DNA of 64,000 nucleotides from Azolla caroliniana (GCA_043228905.1 JBHGNT010000018.1:3038001-3102000); one strand, 5' to 3'. Counted from the stretch's first letter, positions 48,955 through 63,286 are shown. Notes: generated by a model from the letters alone, not told the origin. Numbers and translations are program-made.

Positions 48955-51900
48955 ATGGCTCGGCTCCGCCATGTCCCGCAGAACAGAGTTCTCAGAAACT
49001 GGAGACGCCTCGTCCTCTCTGCTCTCAACCCTCACTCGTCTTCCCCTTCACCTGGTGGCCTTGATGTCCCTACCTCCGCTCCTGCTTCTTTCGATCCACG
49101 CAGCAACATCAATTCGATCATCGATATCGCTAATGAAATCCAGAACGAGAATGCAAAAGTTTCTAGCATCCGTATGATTCATCTCTCTCTCTCTCTCTCT
49201 CCCCCATGTCTCTTTGCGGACATTCAATTTGTATGTAATTCTGGTGTCTGTGTTCAATACACGGTATTATTTCCACGTAATCTGTTGATGTGAGAATCCC
49301 GATCTCTGAGTAGAATAAAGTATAATTCGATATAAATGAAGTATAATTCAACACGTCTCTCTTTCCTCTCTCACACCATCCTTCCTTTTAATACTTCAGT
49401 TCTGACTAATTGGAACTATTGCTCTCCTCTAGTTGATAAGAGATCTCTATTTTCTGCATCCGATTCTTTCATTTCTCAAATATCCTCTTTTTGACATTCG
49501 CCTTGTCTGTATGCAATGATGTCTGATTGAAATTGGGTGACACAATACTCTAATTTGCTGATTGAGACATTTCTCATATATATATATATATATATGGGAC
49601 ATAGTTCATTTCATAAAACCTTTTCTTTAACATTCATTCTGTCTAGTTTTCTCTCTGGGAAACTAGGAGTATTACAATTTGATATGTTGATCTTTTTGAT
49701 CAAATCAGGTGTTTTTCTTTGAGATGAGTCAATATGTAAGCTTTATGAGTTTAATCTGGCACCTAGATCTCACTCATGAAATCACGTGTTATCCAGTCAA
49801 CATGGAAGGTTTTTAATTTTCTCCTGTTGCAAACAAATCACATCATACCCAGCCACCCGTTGGACATGTCTTGTGCAGTGAGCTCTAAGGATATCCACTA
49901 GAACAATGGTTACATTGAATGTGTGACATTCCCGATAACTCTCGGTTACATCCTTAGACATCCGCTCTTGCAATTAGTATAAAGCGGCCATAGTGACATT
50001 TAGTGTACGAATGAACTGTAAATGCAGGAAGGATAAACGATCCTGTAGGTTGGATCCTAGGACCTCATTCTATTTATGGAGTGATCACCACCCATGGATT
50101 GTACATGTTTGATGTGGAATGCTGACCATCTCAGATGAGGTCAGCTCCCAGGCTCAGGGGTGCTTCAAATGTGTGGCTTTATTTGTATATGTGTGTATGG
50201 TTTGTGCTATGGCTTATTTGTATGGTACTTTTGAATTTGAATCCAGCCTCCTATGAAATGTTTTCTGCTGTTTCATGTACACGACAAACGTTTTCCCCAG
50301 CACAGGAGCTAATGACAGAAGAATGTTTGCCAAACCTCAGACTATATCTGCTCAGGTATTGGAAAGCCTAAGTGGCCAAATCACTGATACCACATTAAGT
50401 CAACCCGCTATCCACTATTTGGCTATTTGGCTCAAGTTCTATTTATTTAGTTTTGGCTGGACTGGCAGATCCATTATACGGACCAAAATCTCACTTGGTT
50501 CATAATCTGATCTGTTGAGGGCTGAATTAGGAGTTCCCAATTACTCTGGATTGTTCAACCTGATTTCTGCTATCAAGTAAATTATTAAGGATCAAATGAA
50601 TGATGAGCAAAAGAATAAGAGATTAAGGAGAAGAATGGATTAAGGGTGTTTTAACCATATTGACCACACCTGAGCAAAGGACATGACAAACATAAAATAC
50701 CATCAGTGTCCCATACCACCAAATGTTACCTTATGTTATACTTGGATGTTGAATAACGGATCCAAAGAGGAGAGCTTAGCCTCACCAATAGTGTCTCAAC
50801 TGTGTCTGAAGATGCTGTAATGAAGGGGTAGCTAGTCGCCTTTATATAGCTGTCAACACCTAAGGCTCCCAGACCACAATGTGTGCTGACATGTCATAGG
50901 TTCATATGGGTTTGTCCCAAATCATAGGATAATCAGTTTCCCAACTATCCTACCTTTAACCCGTTAAAATTATATATAGAATTGGTTCCCAAGGTCCTTC
51001 TTATAACACAAATGGAGAAGATACTGGGATTGCTGGGTGTTCTCAGGCAGGGAGAAAATATCTGCAAAAAGGGCTGTTGTAACAGAACTGAAATCCAAGA
51101 GATGAATTGAGAACCTTGTATACTTATAGGTATGAAGTGGGAATTAGTTTGTACCTTAGAAAGGTGATGAATATTCCGAACCATTGGAAATGTGACATAT
51201 GATATCAAAATTATTTCAGTGGTATTAAGCTTTGTTCTAGCTCAAAAAACCCGAACTCCAGAAGAAATGTTGGTAAACCAAGTAGATTGTTTCTACATAA
51301 GCTTTGAATGAAACCATCTTCTTGATGTGGGCCGTTATTGACTTTGATGTTTTGTTCTTCTTGCAGTTTATGGACATGCTTATTCTCTTTCCCAGAATTT
51401 GGATCCCAAGAATGAAGGAAGGGGTGTTCTGCAGTTTAAGACTGGATTGATGGCAGTAATAAAGGTACTTCTTTTGCTGTAACTTATATGACAGCTTTAT
51501 TACGCTGTATTTATCTCTTGCAATGTAATACAAATACCGTGTATTTTATTTTTCTTACAGAGAAACCAAGCCAGGAAAGATGGTACCACTTCTGATCACG
51601 ATCATGACATTGAAATATTACGAGATTTTTACAGGAAACAGAAGGAGCGGTTAGCTGAATCTGAAGAGTATGCTGCCCCTGTTATGTCATAGTTCCATAT
51701 AATTATTTCAGGAATATTACATGTTAGGGTTGTACAAATACTAGTTTTTTTAGATATTCGTCAGAGGAATCAGCATACTGATTACTTTTATATTTGATAC
51801 ATGTATATTTTAAATGGATGTTAGAGTACGTATTTGTTGCATCTTTGTTCCTGAGGGGATACTGATATCTTCATCTTTGAGATGTTCAGCTGTCTAGTGA

Positions 51901-54900
51901 GTGGTTAAAAATCTTTATGCCACCTATATTAATCAAAATTTATGTTCAGGTTGCAGGATAGATATAAAGTTTTTACAACTTTATCGGTTCTAAAAGATGT
52001 TATATATGCTCTAGCCGAAAATTATCCTACAAATGTTGCTGAAACATTATTACCTCCAGAGGTTCGTTTTCAATCTGTTCTCTTCCGTGAAGTGTTACTA
52101 CCCTCTTTATTCTGGAGAGTGACAGAGAGAAATCTAGACAATTGTTTATAATAGATCCGACTTGAGAATCTTACATGTACTGATAACACGATTCTTTAGT
52201 CTCCTTTTATCTTATTTACTTTCTTTTACTCAGTAACATTTATTTAATTTGATTTGTTGTTCTCAAAGATAAGACAACACTTACGATGTAATCTCTTGTT
52301 TGATATTATAGGCCATTTTGACCTCTTAAAATATGTTAATATATCTTTCTTTCTTTCTTTCTTTCTTCCTTAGTTTAACAATATGACTTCATGGTTTCAG
52401 CTTTATAAAAGCTTTTCTAATGGTTATCAGTAATTCATAATAGGACTTTCCTTTCTTGAATAACATGCCACTGACTTTGGGAGCAGTTAGGGTCAATTCA
52501 GTTGGGGAAAATATCCATTTTGCTATATTTCCCAATCGATGCATTAAGGGCAAGACATAGTGGTTGCATCTGATGTTAGTGTTGCAAGATGGCATTTGTC
52601 TAGTTGGATTGGCAATATGATCGAGGGAGGATTCTGCTCTTTTGTTTAAAAAAAGAAGGCTCTGGTGAAGCTCTTTGCTTGTTGTCCCATATTGTGCTGA
52701 AAGAAAAACACCATTTTCACATGAAGCAGGATTACTCTTGGGGATCCAAGGATTGATTACTAGTATCTTGGAATGATATGAATAAGGTTTGTTCATGTCT
52801 TGCAACCATTCACCAACACCAGTGAATAAATCTTCCAATGGCATATGATTCTCTGAATACAAATTCACAGTGCTTATGGTTCAGTAAATTCAGAAACCTT
52901 GCATATTCTTGGCTTAGAGAATTCAAAATAGCAGTAGAGCTAAGAGCTACATATGTACGTGTCATCTAGTTTCAGATGCTTCTAGACTTCATATAGGTGT
53001 TTGCTGAGTTGGAAATACTATTCTCATCGCTATAACAAGAATGAGAAAGTGGCAGTGTTTTTCTTTTGGGACATGGCTCAGCACATATTTTATAACAGTG
53101 CTCTGGAAAACACCACTAAGTTCCTTATTCTCACTTTGCTCATGCAGTTCAAGAAGGAAATGGAACTAGATGCACAAAATTCAAAAGCATTCCAACCATA
53201 CAACATCTTGCCTCTTGAGACACCTGATATTTCTCATACAATTCTCAATGTTCCTGAGGTATTAAGCCTTCACAAAGTTTTATTTATTTATCTCAGTATA
53301 TCGGCTGTCCTAAGCATTCTATTCTGAAATATGAATTTCCAGATAAAAGCTGCGAGGTTAGCGATTCAGTATCCTCGCTTGCAGTTTGAAAGTAATTTTG
53401 AACCCCCTCATCTTCGGAAACCTGATGTATTTGATGCACTTGAATTTGCTTTTGGATTCCAAGTATGTAAGAGTTGCATCTTCCCATAGTGTCTTCATAT
53501 ATAGTTTTAGTGTTTGCTACATATGCTTTTATAATACAATTAGTGACAACTCTTTTGCAGACTGATAATGTGAGAAATCAGCGGGAACATTTGGTGCTTC
53601 TATTAGCTAATGCTCAATCTCAAATGGGTGATGGAAGTTTTATCAGTGGTACAGATCTGGTATGTCTTAAAATTTTCACTGCCCAAGAGCTACTTAATTC
53701 TTGGCAAAGTCTTATTTACAAAATCTAGATGATCTTGGTTTTGTGGTATTTAAACATTGTGGTGTTGTAGGAGTTGGATGAAGATGTTATCAATAAGTTT
53801 TGCAATAAGATTCTGAGTAACTATGAGAAGTGGTGTATTTACATCAGAAAGCCATCTGTATATGCATGGTATTGCTGAAGCTTTATAGTTTTCAACATTT
53901 AAATGTGAATCTCCATACATTAATAAGTCTCTCCCTATCATTTCATTCCAGGGCAACGACAAAAAAAAACAGGGTGGCCTTAGTAGCTCTATATTTGTGT
54001 ATATGGGGAGAAGCAGCAAATGTTCGGTTTCTCCCGGAGGGTATTTGCTACATCTATCATCAGGTTAGTTTCCTAGGATTTTTAATATTAAGCAGTTGGT
54101 TGTGTTGAAGTTTTTTTTTGTGCAGTTTTAAAGACTGCGATGAAATGTTACTAAGAAGACCCTCAACTTCTTCCTTGCTAAATGAACATTGCTCATTCAG
54201 TCCGTTAATTGTATATGTTCCTCAATTCACTATATGTATGAGATTAATTCTGTTACAAAACAACCACTTTAGAAAGATAAGAAGGGTTTTATATACTGAC
54301 TTGTCAATCGACAGCAGTCAAATGTGTCCCTAGGATAACCTCTAGAGTACATAAGAAAGCATAGTTCAAGTCTAGCTCTCCACCTGCTCAGTGTAAACCA
54401 AATAAGGTTTTGAGGATCACTGGTGAACTGGCCCCTAGGAAACTGAACATCGTGGAAACTACCCTGAACATTCTAAGGCATAGCTTTGTAGACCAAGTGT
54501 GTATGTTTGCAAGATAACAATGTTTGAGGAACTCCACAATGCCCAAACTGCAACAGCCATAAATGGGATTGTGATCAATACACTTACACCAAGTATGAAG
54601 TAAATGTTCCCCCAAGAAATCTGGAAATTGATCCTGTCACCCCAAATTTATGAGGGAAAAGACTGGCAAATCATCATCCACAAATGCATGTCATCCCGTA
54701 AATTAGTAAGAATTTTGAGCATGGTATATTACGAATCAAACATTAATTATAAGCAATGAATAATTAGATTAACAAAAGAATGCTTAACTGCACCGACCAA
54801 TCCAAGCAAAGGATAAGAGATGAACATAAATTATCAGTGGCCCATACCACCGAATATTTCCTTATGTTAATGGATCTGAAAAAAGACACCTTTGCCTCAC

Positions 54901-57900
54901 CAATAGAGTCTCAACAGCGTCTCAAGATGCTATAATGAAGGGGGTAGCTAGTACTAAGATTCCTACACTATCACGTGTCCTAGGTCCTTATGGGTTTGTC
55001 CCAACTCCTAGGATAACTGGTTTCTGAGCTATCCTACCATCATTAAAAGTAGCTTTAGAATTGTTCCCTAAAGTTATGCTATAACATGGTACCAGAGAAT
55101 TTCTTACAATCCATTTTATTATTAGAAAAAGGAGTCTAGATGGCTGAGGGAATCCATAGATAATGAATACTACTCTCTCAGATCTTAGGAAAGTTGAGAC
55201 AGAGGTATGGCCTCAGAATTTCACATTCACAGTCTCCATCGTAAAACGCAGTAGTACAGGATGCATTAAAAAGTATATAAAATCCAACGGAAGTTTTGTA
55301 TCAGTATTAGTGTATATACTTCTGAAATTGCTATAATATAGTTTAATTTTTTTTCAAATCTTGGTTTTACTTTCTATACATGCAGATGGCAAATGAACTG
55401 TCTGGAATGTTGGACAACAATAAAATTGAGCAGAGTGAGAAATATTGCAGTCAAGAGAAACCTTCATTCCTGGAAACAGTCATAAAACCAATTTATAATG
55501 CCTTGAAAGCGGTATATACTCTTGATTATTCCTTTACTTTTTGCAAATTTTGTTGACATGTTATCAGTTTTGGCACACAGAAGATGTTCTGTTTTGGATA
55601 AACAGAAGCTTTGGGTAAACTAACTGCAGTGTGCAGATATGTAACATTCCTCTGACCTCGAAAATCTTTAAAAGGAGATAATTGGGATATATTTGTCTTA
55701 GTAGTTACATTCACTAGTCACCTATCCATGCAGTAAATAAGTAGCCATTGTCCGTATGTAAATTCACTTTCTGCGAGATGACAATGTTAGTAATAAAATT
55801 ATTTCAATGCCTCTGGTATTCAAACTACTTTAGAAAGGTTACTCATTTTACTTCTTTTGATTTTCTAATAGATAAAACAATATCAGTTATAAGTTATAAC
55901 CTTACATTGAATCTTCTAGGTCTTTTACTGATGTCAATATTTCTTTCTTCTAGTAGATCTGCTACGGGGGATCAATGCACTATATGAATCAGTGTTAGGA
56001 GAAGTGCACACTCCAGTTGGGTTGTTGAAGGTCATAGCAAACTCGATTGGAGTAAAGCAAGGATGCCCACTATCATCCACTCTCTTTCATCTTTATATAG
56101 ATGATATATCTAATTAAATAGAGAGATTAGGTGGTCCAGGAGCATGATCAACAAGGGTAGACATACTGATATTACAATATTACCAATGACATTGTGTTGA
56201 TTTCCTGACATTCCGGAGGGCCTACAAGATGTATAAATGCTTTAAAGTCATTTATGTATAGAGAAGGCTTTTGTTAGTCAATTGATAAAACTAAAATGGT
56301 GTTTAATACCACTAAAGTATGGGTAACAATGTTAAAACTGGAATACTTCGTGGGAGAGGAAAAGTTCACACACACACACACAGAGACAATCCTATACATA
56401 TCTAGGAGTAACATTCGCAGAGCTTCAGTTGTCCCTACATGAGGCTGCATGTGCTCGATTTTCTGGTGGATATGCAGCCGTTTGTACCCTTGAGAGAAGG
56501 GAAGAACTTATTGCGGTTGTTTGATGTAGTTTTAACTCCAACTATTCTCTACAGAGTAGAATTTTGGGGACTGCTCACCGGACTCATAATTGGACAGATT
56601 TAGAAAAGAAAGAAAGAAAAATATATTAACGTCTTTTAAGAGGCCAAAATGGTCTATATGACCGAACAAGAGATTACATCTTAAGTGTTGTCTCGTCTTT
56701 GAGAACGACAAATCAAAATAAAATCAAGATTACAAAGTAAATATAAAAGTAAATAAGATAAAAAGAGATGAGAGAATCTGGTTTTCGGCACATGTGAGAT
56801 TCTCAGGTTAGATATATTATAACTTTTGTCTTTGAAAGATCTCTAGCATAGGTCGATCCAGAATGGAGAGGTCTCTGAAGCGAGGGAAGCACCTGCGATG
56901 ACGGGAGATAATGGCCTTTAGAGAGATGTTTAGTCCCGGTGATCGCCTGCGCAATAAGGATCAAAGCAGTGGTGCCACATGATATAATTCAGTTGGAGAT
57001 GGGAGTGTAGAGATCTTTCAAAGACAAAAGCTACAATATATCTGACTTGAGAATCTTACATGTGCCGATAAAAATTATTTAGTCTCTTTTTATCTTATTT
57101 ACTTTTATGTTTACTAAGTGTCATTTATTTTATTTTGATTTGTTGTTCTGAAAGACGAGAAAACACCTAAGATGCAATCTCTTGTTTGGTCTTATAGGCC
57201 ATTTTGGCCTCTTAAAAGACTTCAATATATCTTTCTATCTTTCTATCTATCTTTCTTTCTGCCTAAGGAGTATAGTGCTAAGGATTTATTCCTTATCGTA
57301 TTCATGATAACATCAAATCTGAAATCTTAGGATTCATTTTGATAGTTCTATTGAACCTATAATGGTTTCGAATGGTTCTGTATATAAGTGGGCTGCTGCC
57401 TAATAGCTTTTACTAGCCAATCATTTGTTTGTGAATCAGTGGCAAAAAATGGTCTGAAAATGTTTATCATCTGAAGCTTATCAATTTCAAACTGAAATAT
57501 TTTTTCAGGAGACGATTAAAAATGCTGGGGGGAAGGCTGGTCATTCAAAATGGAGAAATTATGATGACTTCAATGAATTTTTCTGGTATAACATAAATTG
57601 CAAGGGTACACAAGGAAAATGAGGTTCTCATGTTTATATTTTGGAATTTTCAGTCATGATGCCAATCTGAACTGAAAGTACTTCGGTTATCTTTTGTTTT
57701 GTAGGTCTTCATCATGTTTCAAAAAGCTTGAGTGGCCTTTGTCCTCTAAACAGGATAGTCCTTTTTTCGCTAAAACAGTAAATGAAAAGGTGATCTTTCA
57801 ATCTTAATTTTAGGATTGTTGGAAATTTTGCTGAAATTTTAGTGGGAATAATGCAAGGTGTTTGATTTTGAGGTGATGAGATTCTAGATAGAGCTCATGA

Positions 57901-60900
57901 TAAATAGTGATAGTGGGAAATGCGAATGACAAGTGATATCATAATAATAATTGTTCCGCATACCTAATGCTTTTGGAGTCATAATTGCCACTATTGTATC
58001 TTTTCATACAAAATGAACAATTTGCAGGGAGGAAAGATACATTCATTGGGAAAAACATCTTTTGTTGAGCACCGGACATTTTTGCACTTGTACCACAGCT
58101 TCCTTCGTGTATGGATTTTGTTAGTGTTGATGTTTCAGGTATTGGCTTAAGTTCATGAATCAGCATTTTATTCAGGAAAAGGATTTGGGTATATTGAATT
58201 TCTGAAAGTGCTTTAATTATCTCCAGGCTTTGACGATCATAGCATTCCGGGGGAATTTGAACATGCGGACAGTCAAGATTTTATGCAGCCTTGGTTTGAC
58301 ATACTTTATCATGAAGTTCATTGAATGTGAGGACGCTGTCTATTAGTGAATGTTTTACTATTGTTTCATAGTAATGTGCATGCTATGTGACAGCCAAATG
58401 GTTTCATAGTAATGTGCATACCTTCCTCTTTTAGAATATACATCAAACTTTGTAAGATGCTTCCTCAACATTTGAAGCAGAGGAGATAGAAGATATTAGA
58501 ATGTTGTCTGCCTGCTGATAATCTACAAAACCTGATATCTCTTTGAAATTCGACAAAATCCTTATACAACAATTATCTTTGGCATAATTGGGAAGGGTTT
58601 AGACTTTGTTTTAATGAAAATTGACTATGTATTGTAGTTCCTAGTACTTGTGCACAGCCATTTTAAATGATTTATATCAGCATGACATACTGTACAGAAA
58701 TATGGTAGATGGGGATAACATTATCATACTATGCATTCACTCTATAGGTCATCTTGGCTCTAGAGAATACCAATATAGTATCAACATCATCTCTCTGCTC
58801 TTGACACCGTTAATGCGCTTGGGGAAGAAGGGGAGAAGTGCAGATATGAGTTATGAAATTGACTAGATACGAATTCCCAGTTCATGTGTAAATATTTTAC
58901 TTTTTTCCTGTGGAATTACTTTTTTATTTTATTTCAGATCACATTTCCTTTTTAGCTAGGATTTATGTCATTGTATGTATTGTTTTGGTCTCATGCACCA
59001 TACTGTCCTATATTAGACTTGAGTAGTTCTTTCTTTCTTTCTTTCTTCCTTCTCTCGTCTTGCTCTGTACTGCAAATATTTCTATTAAAAATATGAGAGT
59101 TTTTCTCAATGATAATTCAAGGGTAATGTAACTCAAATTTTTGTTATTGATCAGCTGTGCTCGATGTCATTCTAATGGTAGGAGCCTACAAAAGTTCTCG
59201 CAAAAAGGCTGTGAATCGGATATTCAGTCAATTACTGTTTTTTGGAGCATATTCAGGAGGATTATTATTTTTATATATGTACGTCTTTATCACTTCATAT
59301 ACCAGAGATAAATCTTTTTTATGCACCTGCATATGTTCTCTGTTTTAAATTCCCCTTTTATCTATGCGTGTGTCATAGCTGGTCACAATCAGAGGAATGC
59401 ATTTTCTATTGAAAGAAGTAAACCATTGTTATATTTCCTATTTGCGCCTTATATTTAATGCTTTGTGGAACTATAGAATATTTTGGGGCATGTTTTGTTA
59501 CATATATATATGAATATCAATTTCTAATCTTTCTCATCATGTAATGTGAAGAACTGGTTTTAAGTTTATAGCTGAAGATATCCTTTAATTAATCTATTCA
59601 TAGTATTGTTGCAATGAACGTATGCAGAAGGATCTTTTCTTACCTTTCAAACAATTGGTAAAATACTTCCCTGTCAGAATTATACAAGAGGGAAATTCTG
59701 ATAGGTATTTTTTTGCCAGAAAGCGCTGTTGTCTTAAAAGAAGTATAGATGTAGAAGCAGGATAAAATATCCCATGCATCCTGGTTCACAGATTACAGTT
59801 TAGAAAACTAGATTAAGTTTTGACAATGGAAGTACATAAAACTCTGAAGTAAATTAATTGTTATTCTATGACATTTTAGTAAGATGATGCCGGGTGGGGA
59901 TACTTTCTTCCGATTATATCTGCTGGTGCTTGGTGTATATGTGGCTTTGCAGCTTTTTAAAAGTGTGATTCTACACATTCCCTTCTTGAGAAGATGGGCT
60001 GGGGGAAGTGATAGGTTCACGGCTGTGGAAGCATTAAAATGGCTTTTCAGGGTATGTTACATGTCCATATTTATTATGTTGAGTAGCATCTCTGAATAAT
60101 TAAATATCAGAAGATGGTTTGCAGGAGCGCTATTTTGTTGGACGTGGATTATTTGAGAGCCCCATGGATTACGTCAGGTTTTTCCCCTAATTGTTGCTGA
60201 TCAACATTTAGTATATGTATAACATTGATTGAGTTGAAATCATTCACAGTTCGGATCTCTCACATGTCAAATATCATACATCATGCTAAAAGTATTGAAA
60301 TCTGAAGCTGGATAGATGAAATTAATGATGATCTTTTAATTCTAGATTCTTTCCTTCCTGATACATGTATTAGATTCAAAACTTGTGGTTGGTTATTCTT
60401 TGAGTGCATCAGAGTAATTTGCTAACCTTACAGTGTCCAAACCTTGACTACGTGTTTGTAAATTGTGATGCATCTGCTCTTGATCGAGCAGTGTGGCATA
60501 AAGAATCACGGATGTCCATCACCCCTGTTTGACTTCCTTTCTGCTGTCAGCATTTACAAAGCAATTTCAGGAATAGAGATTACATTATGAGAATTTACAA
60601 ATAGATTAAGGAGGATACGTGTTCTAATCACTATTGACTATGGCAAGCAATTGCACAATTTCTTTGACAGGTATGCGTCATTTTGGTTGGTGGTTCTTGG
60701 ATCCAAATTCAGTTTTAGCTATTTTCTTCAGGTCAAGTGATTAAATTTGGAAGTCAAGTAACCTATTTGTTCTTTTGTAGTTTTGAAATCTTCTTTTGTA
60801 GTTTTGAAATCTTATCATCCTTAAATGCAATATACTGTTACAGATCAAACCACTTGTGGCCGCCACAAACTCCATAAAATTATATAATGGAGAAATAATT

Positions 60901-63286
60901 TACAAATGGCATGACTTTTTCTCCAAAAGTATGTATTTTTTTGCTCCTTGATTATGCGTAAATATCACCAATTATTGACTTACAGGAACGTATTTTTTAT
61001 TTTTATAATGGTAAAATATTACTAGGTGAAGATTATTATAAGTAAATTTATATGATTATGAAAAATGATATTAGAAGAGGGTACTACCAAATTGGTAGAG
61101 TTTTGTGGTTTATTATTCTTTCACAAGAACATGTCACGTTCACATGGTGAAAGAAAGAAAAGAAAGATATATTAACGTCTTCTAAGAGGTCAAAATGGCC
61201 TATAAGACCAAACAAGAGATATTACATCTTAAGTGTTGTCTCATCTCTGAGAACAACAAATCAAAATAAATAAATGTTACTAAGTAAAAAAAAAGTAAAA
61301 AAGATAAAAAGAATCTCGTTATCCGTACATGTAAAATTCTGAAGTCAGATATATTATAATTTTTGTGTTCGAAAGACGTCTAGCATAGGTTGATCCAAAA
61401 CGGAGAGGTCTCCGAAACGATGGAAGCACTTGTGATGGCTGGAGATAATGGCCTTTATTTGTCGATGACAAGGGTGGTGGGATCGATGGCAAGGGCTTGA
61501 TGAGGAATCCATTCGCCAATGTTTGTAAAGTGTGCCTTATTTGTTGATGACAAGGTATTGATGATGAATCCATCTGCCGATGTGTGTAAAATGTGCCTTA
61601 TCTGTTGATGACAAGGGCTTGATGATAAATCCATCCTCTGATGTGTGTAAAAAGTGTCTCTTATAGTGGGTCATCTTCCTACCAATTGGTATTTTGGGGT
61701 TGCTCCATTTTATCAGTTCGGATCACTCTATTCTTTTCCACTTTGGTCATGTTTAGATGGGGAAATTCAAGCTATATTGGAACAAGGGAAGTGCATTTAT
61801 GCTTATGCCATGTGACTCGAACCATTGTCCCATTTCAGCATACAAGCAAGGAGTGTCTCCATGTTCAGCAAGTTGTTTTGTTGACATAAGTGTCAATCTT
61901 GAGAACGTTTGTTTAAGGAACTCTCAAAGCCATTAGATACAGGTCACTGATTGGAATAATGCTCCCATCTCTGCCTGGATTATATCATGAGGCACTGATC
62001 CTTTGTTCCTTTTCATGCGGGCAATCATTGAGACTAAAGGTCTCCTAAATATTTCCAGTTATTTGCCTTGTTAAGACTTGGTTCCCATGTTTCTACTGCA
62101 TAGAGAAGAGTTGGTGTCATCAGTGTATCAAATAGCCACGATTTAGTTCATGGCTCTCAGAACTGCAGATGTGCACATTGTCTTTCGAGAGCACCAAGGG
62201 CTGCATATCCATGAGAAAATCAGGCACAAACAGAAGTAAAAAAGATAAATGATTCAACACTATTAGTATGGTATTCTTTTGGCTTTCTCATTATTTAATG
62301 TGAAATCAAAACTAAAAGAAATGTTAATTCATTTCCCCACTTTTTAACCCTGCGGAAAACCTTCTTATTTTTTTACTCATTAATTTCACAGTTCTTTCCT
62401 TTTTCTTTTGTTAGACAAGAGTCATTTTAGGATTATGAGATGTTTTAAAAGGGTTTTACAGATTTTAGAATTTACTTCTACTTTTTCAATTCTTGAATTT
62501 TGTTGTTAATTTAGTATATTATTGAATATTATTGTACTATTTGAGATAACAACCTTGATAAAATCTAAAAATATCCAGAGAATAAGTTGCGAATGAATTG
62601 TAGAAATATGAAAAGTGAAGTATGTCGTCGTTACACAAATGATATTCATTCTGTTGAGAATCAAGCTCAGCTTGTGTGAACATGTGCTTATGAAGAAAAG
62701 GACGATGTGTGAAAAAGTGTGTGAGCACACTTACTTGTAATCCGTGTCGTTGTCGAGTGTTAATGTGGTCAAAGAATATTAGATATTCTTATGACAAAAT
62801 TGTACTCAAGTGGATATCTTGGTTAGATTCCATCAACACATTTAATATGGCAGCCCTTTGAGGACTTGAATATAAAACCCCCTTTGCCCATTATGTTTTG
62901 TTGATGATCTTTACTTAATTAATATAGCTCTCTTCAGTGCATAAGCTGTCAAACCCCTACTGTGTGTTTTCTTATTTTCTGGTTATTCTCTCTGATTCCT
63001 TCTCTTGCTTATACACTAACTCACACACACACACACACACACATTACGCTTCTGAATACTCAACTCTACTAGAGTTAGATTCTTTACACATTCAAATGTA
63101 TCACAATCATCTGAACGTAAACTGATGTTTGACCATCTGTAGTTTAATCAATTCTATCATTGTAATTCATGTAATACACTTTATCTCCAACTTTTTGCAA
63201 TATTCTAATTGGTTTAATTTACTCCTTTTTCTCCAGGTAACAATAACATGTTAACTATATTCTTCATGTGGGCTCCTGTGGTCTTG
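48955..63286 (+). CDS. CALS: Callose synthase (1,3-beta-glucan synthase, GSL8/GSL10 = CalS10/CalS9 clade), 5' part; continues beyond the window
   Basis: Exons 48955-49171, 51367-51464, 51561-51667, 51950-52061, 53148-53258, 53343-53462, 53561-53659, 53771-53868, 53952-54063, 55386-55511, 57509-57585, 57705-57789, 58028-58138, 58227-58326, 59155-59278, 59880-60051, 60125-60177, 60671-60731, 60844-60928 and 63237-63286. Motifs QNLDP..EGRGVLQFKTGLM, YNILPL, FGFQ.DNVRNQREH.VLLLAN, LY..IWGEAANVRFLPE, HS.WRNYDDFNEFFW, KTSFVEHRTFLHLYHSF, ERYFVGRGL.E, YFLQIKPLV. Confidence 0.93.
50600..51015 (-). mobile_element. Intronic interspersed repeat (solo-LTR-like), copy 1
   Basis: Homologous to 54790-55090 (cccataccacc..., gcctcaccaatag.gtctcaac, atgggtttgtccca, ctatcctacc). 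TATA-like ctatataaa on the minus strand. Confidence 0.55.
52155..52370 (+). mobile_element. Retro-element 3'-end fragment with (TTTC)n tail, copy A
   Basis: Homologous to 57040-57260; reverse complement of 56605-56830 and 61150-61350. Confidence 0.75.
54790..55090 (-). mobile_element. Intronic interspersed repeat (solo-LTR-like), copy 2
   Basis: Homologous to 50600-51015. Confidence 0.55.
55960..57260 (+). mobile_element. Degenerate, internally deleted RTEX-like LINE in callose synthase intron 10
   Basis: Remnants IGVKQGCPLSSTLF (~56047), YTYLGVTF (~56393), WTDLE and VPHDIIQLEMG (~56970), then a jump to a 3'UTR-like segment with a (CTAT/TTTC)n tail. Confidence 0.75.
56605..56916 (-). mobile_element. 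Nested retro-element 3'-end fragment, copy B, inserted antisense into the LINE
   Basis: Splits WTDLE|RCLV; flanked by tttaga.aga-like direct repeats; (GAAA)n at its left end. Closely similar to 61150-61455. Confidence 0.75.
61150..61455 (-). mobile_element. Retro-element 3'-end fragment, copy D
   Basis: Same sequence and same terminus (ggagataatggcc) as 56605-56916. Confidence 0.75.
61900..62180 (-). mobile_element. Degenerate RTEX-like LINE fragment
   Basis: Minus strand gives LLYAVETWEPSL and IARMK..K.SVPHDIIQAEMGA, matching the same region of the other RTEX-like copies in the window. Confidence 0.6.

Noticed and set aside
52389-52868. 159-aa antisense ORF in a callose synthase intron
   Set aside because: Non-ATG start, no recognisable motif, intronic location.
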